DNA of 64,000 nucleotides from Escherichia coli (GTDB lineage Bacteria; Pseudomonadota; Gammaproteobacteria; Enterobacterales; Enterobacteriaceae): NCBI RefSeq assembly GCF_003334255.1, contig NZ_QOWU01000003.1; one strand, 5' to 3'. Shown piece by piece: positions 59,098 to 64,000 of this stretch (position 1 is its first letter; each line of letters starts with the position of its first letter). The notes under the pieces were generated by a model. It saw only the letters and a program-made list of their open reading frames with translations, ran no database searches and was not told where the DNA came from. The position numbers and the translations under genes were made by a program.

Positions 59098-60042
59098 TTA
59101 CGCCGGGTATTCAACCACCAGGCGACGAGGCGCAACGCGGCCTTCATCGTCAATTTCGCCCATACCGATAAATTTGCCGTTCTCACCTTCCGTGACGCGA
59201 ACCAGTCCTTCCAGTGGCGCACCAGATGTACGAACCGGGTTACCATTTTTGAAGTAAACAGAAGACGTTAACGGAAGATTCACCACCGGATAGTCCGAAG
59301 CTGGACTGTCCATTGGCATCAGTAATGGATCAAGTAACTCCGCGGCTGGAATATCCTGCTGTTCAGCTTGCTCAACAAGTTCACGCAGGTGCTCCAGGGT
59401 CACCATCCGTTCAACCGGATATTTACTTACCGCCAGACGGCGCAGGTAAATAACATGCGCGCCACAGCCGAGTTTTTCACCCAGGTCATCAATGATGGTG
59501 CGGATATAAGTGCCTTTTGAGCAGTGAATTTCCAGCTCCAGCTCATTGCCTTCATGGCGAATAAACAGCAATTCATAAACGGTAATCGGACGCGCTTCAC
59601 GCGGAACTTCAATGCCCTGACGCGCATATTCGTACAGTTTTTTGCCCTGATATTTCAGTGCTGAATACATCGAAGGGATCTGTTCGATATCGCCACGGAA
59701 AGTATCCAGTGCCGCTGCCAGCTGCTCTGCGCTAAAGGTTACCGGACGTTCTTCAACGATCTGTCCGTCGGCATCAGAAGTATCGGTACGCTGTCCAAGA
59801 CGCGCAATGACCCGATAGCGTTTGTCGGAGTCCAGCAGATACTGGGAAAACTTCGTCGCTTCCCCGAGGCAAATCGGCAACATGCCGGTCGCCAGCGGGT
59901 CCAGCGCACCGGTATGCCCGGCACGGTTGGCGTTATATATACGTTTCACTTTTTGCAGCGCATCGTTGCTGGACATACCCTGAGGTTTATCCAGCAACAA
60001 AACGCCGTTAATGTCGCGACCGCGACGACGAGGACGACTCAT
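59098..60042 (-). CDS. truB: tRNA pseudouridine(55) synthase TruB, 314 aa
   Basis: [64 protein letters not shown]... with catalytic Asp in the GHTGALDP motif and a PUA domain. Confidence 0.95.
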
Positions 60043-60443
60043 TAGTCCTCCTTGCTGTCGTCCGGGTTAACACGACGTTCTTCGTCATGTTTGACCACGC
60101 TGGTCACCAGGTTTGACATGCGCATCCCTTCAACCAGAGAGTTGTCGTAGAAGAAGGTCAGTTCCGGCACGATACGCAGGCGCATCGCTTTCCCCAGCAG
60201 GCTGCGGATGAAACCAGAAGCTTCTTGCAACGCTTTGATGCCCGCTTTAACCGCGTCTTCATCTTTGTCGTTGAGGAACGTCACATATACTTTGGCATAC
60301 GCCAGGTCGCGAGACATTTCGACACCGGAAACGGTGGTCATCATGCCCAGGCGAGGATCTTTAATTTCACGCTGCAGGATGAGAGCGATCTCTTTTTGCA
60401 TTTCCTGCGCTACGCGCTGCGGGCGACCAAATTCTTTCGCCAT
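60042..60443 (-). CDS. rbfA: ribosome-binding factor A, 133 aa
   Basis: ATG at 60441-60443 ([56 protein letters not shown]...); stop overlaps the truB start by 1 nt. Confidence 0.93.
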
Positions 60444-60460
60444 AATAAATTCTCCTGACA

Positions 60461-60485
60461 AAAAAGGGGCTGTTAGCCCCTTTTT
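60461..60485. other. symmetric hairpin flanked by A- and T-runs in the infB-rbfA intergenic region
   Basis: aaaaaggggctgttagcccctttttaaaa: perfect 6-bp GC stem; could act as an attenuating terminator or processing site within the nusA-infB-rbfA-truB transcript. Confidence 0.45.
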
Positions 60486-60495
60486 AAAATTAATT

Positions 60496-60600
60496 TCAGG
60501 TGGAAGGGCTGTTCACGTTGACCTGATAAGACGCGCCAGCGTCACATCAGGCAATCCATGCCGGATGCAGCGTAAACGCCTTATCCCGCATGGAACCCTA
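60496..60600. repeat. REP elements
   Basis: gacctgataagacgcgccagcgtcacatcaggc ... gccggatgcagcgtaaacgccttatcccgcatgg. Confidence 0.55.
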
Positions 60601-60606
60601 AAAACC

Positions 60607-63279
60607 TTAAGCAATGGTACGTTGGATCTCGATGATTTCGAATACTTCGATCACATCGCCAGTGCGGACGTCGTTGTAGTTCTTAACGCCGATACCACAT
60701 TCCATACCGTTACGGACTTCGTTAACGTCATCTTTGAAGCGGCGCAGGGACTCCAGCTCGCCTTCGTAGATAACCACGTTGTCACGCAGAACGCGGATCG
60801 GGTTGTGACGTTTAACCACACCTTCGGTAACCATACAGCCTGCGATGGCACCAAATTTCGGCGATTTGAACACGTCACGAACTTCCGCCAGACCGATAAT
60901 CTGCTGTTTCAGTTCCGGAGACAGCATACCGCTCATCGCCGCTTTCACTTCGTCAATCAGGTTATAGATGACGGAGTAGTAACGCAGATCCAGGCTTTCC
61001 GCTTCAATCACTTTACGTGCAGAGGCATCAGCACGTACGTTAAAGCCAACCAGGATGGCGTTGGACGCCGCAGCCAGGGTGGCGTCGGTTTCGGTGATAC
61101 CACCTACGCCAGAACCGATGATCTTCACTTTAACTTCGTCAGTAGACAGTTTCAGCAAGGAGTCGGAGATCGCTTCGACAGAACCCTGTACGTCTGCCTT
61201 CAGGACGATATTCACTTCGTGAACTTCGCCTTCGGTCATGTTGGCGAACATGTTCTCGAGTTTAGATTTCTGCTGACGCGCCAGTTTAACTTCGCGGAAT
61301 TTACCCTGACGATAGAGTGCAACTTCACGCGCTTTCTTCTCGTCACGTACAACGGTAACTTCATCACCCGCAGCCGGTACGCCGGACAGGCCGAGGATTT
61401 CCACCGGAATGGACGGACCCGCTTCCAGCACTTCCTGACCCAGTTCGTTACGCATCGCACGAACACGACCGTATTCGAAGCCACACAGAACGATATCGCC
61501 CTTGTGCAGAGTACCTTCACGTACCAGAACGGTAGCAACCGGACCACGACCTTTATCGAGGAAGGATTCGATAACCGCACCGCTCGCCATACCTTTACGT
61601 ACCGCTTTCAGCTCCAGAACTTCCGCCTGCAGCAGGATAGCGTCCAGCAGTTCATCGATACCGGTACCCGCTTTCGCAGATACGTGTACGAACTGGCTTT
61701 CACCGCCCCACTCTTCCGGCAGGATGCCGTACTGGGAGAGTTCGTTCTTAACGCGATCCGGATCAGCTTCTGGTTTATCGATCTTGTTCACTGCAACCAC
61801 CACCGGTACCTGCGCCGCTTTCGCGTGCTGGATTGCTTCGATGGTCTGCGGCATCACACCGTCGTCGGCAGCAACAACCAGGACTACGATGTCCGTTGCC
61901 TGCGCACCACGAGCACGCATTGAAGTAAACGCGGCGTGCCCCGGGGTGTCCAGGAAGGTGATCATGCCGTTTTCAGTTTCAACGTGGTATGCACCAATGT
62001 GCTGGGTAATGCCGCCCGCTTCGCCAGAGGCCACTTTCGTTGAACGAATGTAGTCCAGCAGAGAGGTTTTACCGTGGTCAACGTGACCCATGATGGTCAC
62101 AACCGGCGCGCGCGGTTCAGCCGCAGCACCCGTGTCACGGTCGCTCATTACCGCCTCTTCCAGCTCGTTTTCACGACGCAGGATAACTTTATGGCCCATC
62201 TCTTCAGCAACCAGCTGTGCGGTTTCCTGATCGATAACCTGGTTGATGGTTGCCATTGCGCCCAGTTTCATCATCGCTTTGATGACCTGAGAGCCTTTAA
62301 CCGCCATCTTGTTCGCCAGTTCGCCAACGGTGATAGTTTCGCCGATCACAACGTCACGGTTAACGGCCTGAGCAGGCTTCTGGAAGCCTTGCTGCAGCGA
62401 AGAACCTTTACGTTTTCCGCCTTTACCGCCACGTACTGCTGCGCGTGCTTCTTCACGATCAGCTTTTGATTCAGCGTGTTTGTTGCCTTTCTTCGGACGC
62501 GCTGCTTTCGCGTTACGACCACGGCCACGGCCGCCTTCGACTTCACGATCGCTTTCGTCTTCTGCCTGGCGAGCATGTTGAGAAGTAGTGACGTGATAAT
62601 CGCTGGAATCTTCAGTCGGTTCCGCGTTATCAGTCCATTTGTTTTCTTCCGCCATACGACGTGCTTCTTCAGCAACGCGACGTGCTTCTTCTTCGAGTTT
62701 ACGACGCGCTTCTTCTTCAGCTTTACGCTTGAGCTCTGCAGCTTCCTGCTCACGGCGGGCTTTTTCAGCCTGGGCGTTTTTAGTCATATCGTCTTGTTGA
62801 TTGCTCACTTTGTCTTTTTCCGCAGCTTCACGTTTCGCTTGTTCAGCAGCTTCACGCTTAGCTTGTTCTGCGGCCTCACGTTCAGCTTTTTGTTGCGCCT
62901 CGCGTTTAGCCGATTCTTCTGCCTCACGACGGGCTTGCTCTTCCGCTTCACGCTGCGCTTGCTCTTCCGCTGCAAGGCGTTCAGCCTCTTGCGGATCGCG
63001 TTTCACAAAGGTGCGTTTCTTGCGGACTTCGATTTGTACCGATTTGCTTTTTCCACCGGTACCAGGAATGTTAAGGGTGCTGCGTGTTTTACGTTGCAGC
63101 GTCAATTTGTCCGGGCCTGAATTTTTCTGATTCAGGTGGTCAATCAAAGTCTGTTTCTCTTGTGCAGACACAGAGTCGTCAGCAGACTTCCGGATACCTG
63201 CATCAGCAAATTGCTGTACCAGGCGTTCCACGGAGGTCTGTCGCTCTGCGGCCAGCGTTTTAATCGTTACATCTGTCAT
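60607..63279 (-). CDS. infB: translation initiation factor IF-2, 890 aa, with internal in-frame starts for the shorter isoforms
   Basis: Charged EAE/REA repeat N-region and GTPase domain ([21 protein letters not shown]); in-frame GTG at codon 158 (62806-62808) and ATG at codon 165 (62785-62787) are at the positions of the known IF2-beta isoform starts. Confidence 0.95.
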
Positions 63280-63303
63280 GCTGTTCCTTCCTGCTACAGT
63301 TTA

Positions 63304-64000
<697 letters not shown>

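Noticed and set aside
60208-63120. Long plus-strand ORFs (571 aa at 60208-61923; 214 aa at 62476-63120 and others)
   Set aside because: Antisense shadows of infB and rbfA; repetitive composition mirrors the infB charged-repeat region; no independent start signals.

Overview
This window is a gene-dense, syntenic stretch of an Escherichia coli chromosome (the K-12 '70 min' region), identified by reading the supplied ORF translations against well-known protein families. Gene order is yhaK(3' end)-yhaL-cyuA-cyuP-tdcGFEDCBA/tdcR-yhaB-yhaC-rnpB-garKRLP/garD-prlF-yhaV-agaR-kbaZ-agaVWEFA-agaS-kbaY-agaBCDI-yraHIJK-rsmI-lpoA-yraN-diaA-dolP-yraQ-yraR-yhbO-yhbP-yhbQ-yhbS-ubiTUV-yhbW-mtr-deaD-nlpI-pnp-rpsO-truB-rbfA-infB-nusA(3' part). 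I see no rRNA, tRNA, CRISPR array, IS element, integrase or prophage; the only RNA gene is rnpB (RNase P RNA, 377 nt), followed by 113-bp tandem repeats. I did not find a clearly novel multi-gene system: almost everything is conserved core or known accessory E. coli content. The most notable strain-specific observations are: (1) an in-frame TAG splitting agaC; (2) an apparent +1 frameshift near the 3' end of rsmI; (3) a complete agaW-agaE-agaF-agaA segment, which is deleted in K-12 MG1655, so this is not a K-12 genome; (4) a recurring TTGAACAT 8-mer upstream of the cryptic yraHIJK fimbrial operon; (5) the AT-rich yhaB-yhaC pair of unknown function. All coordinates are from reading the sequence by eye; gene lengths quoted for K-12 are from memory and no database search was run.
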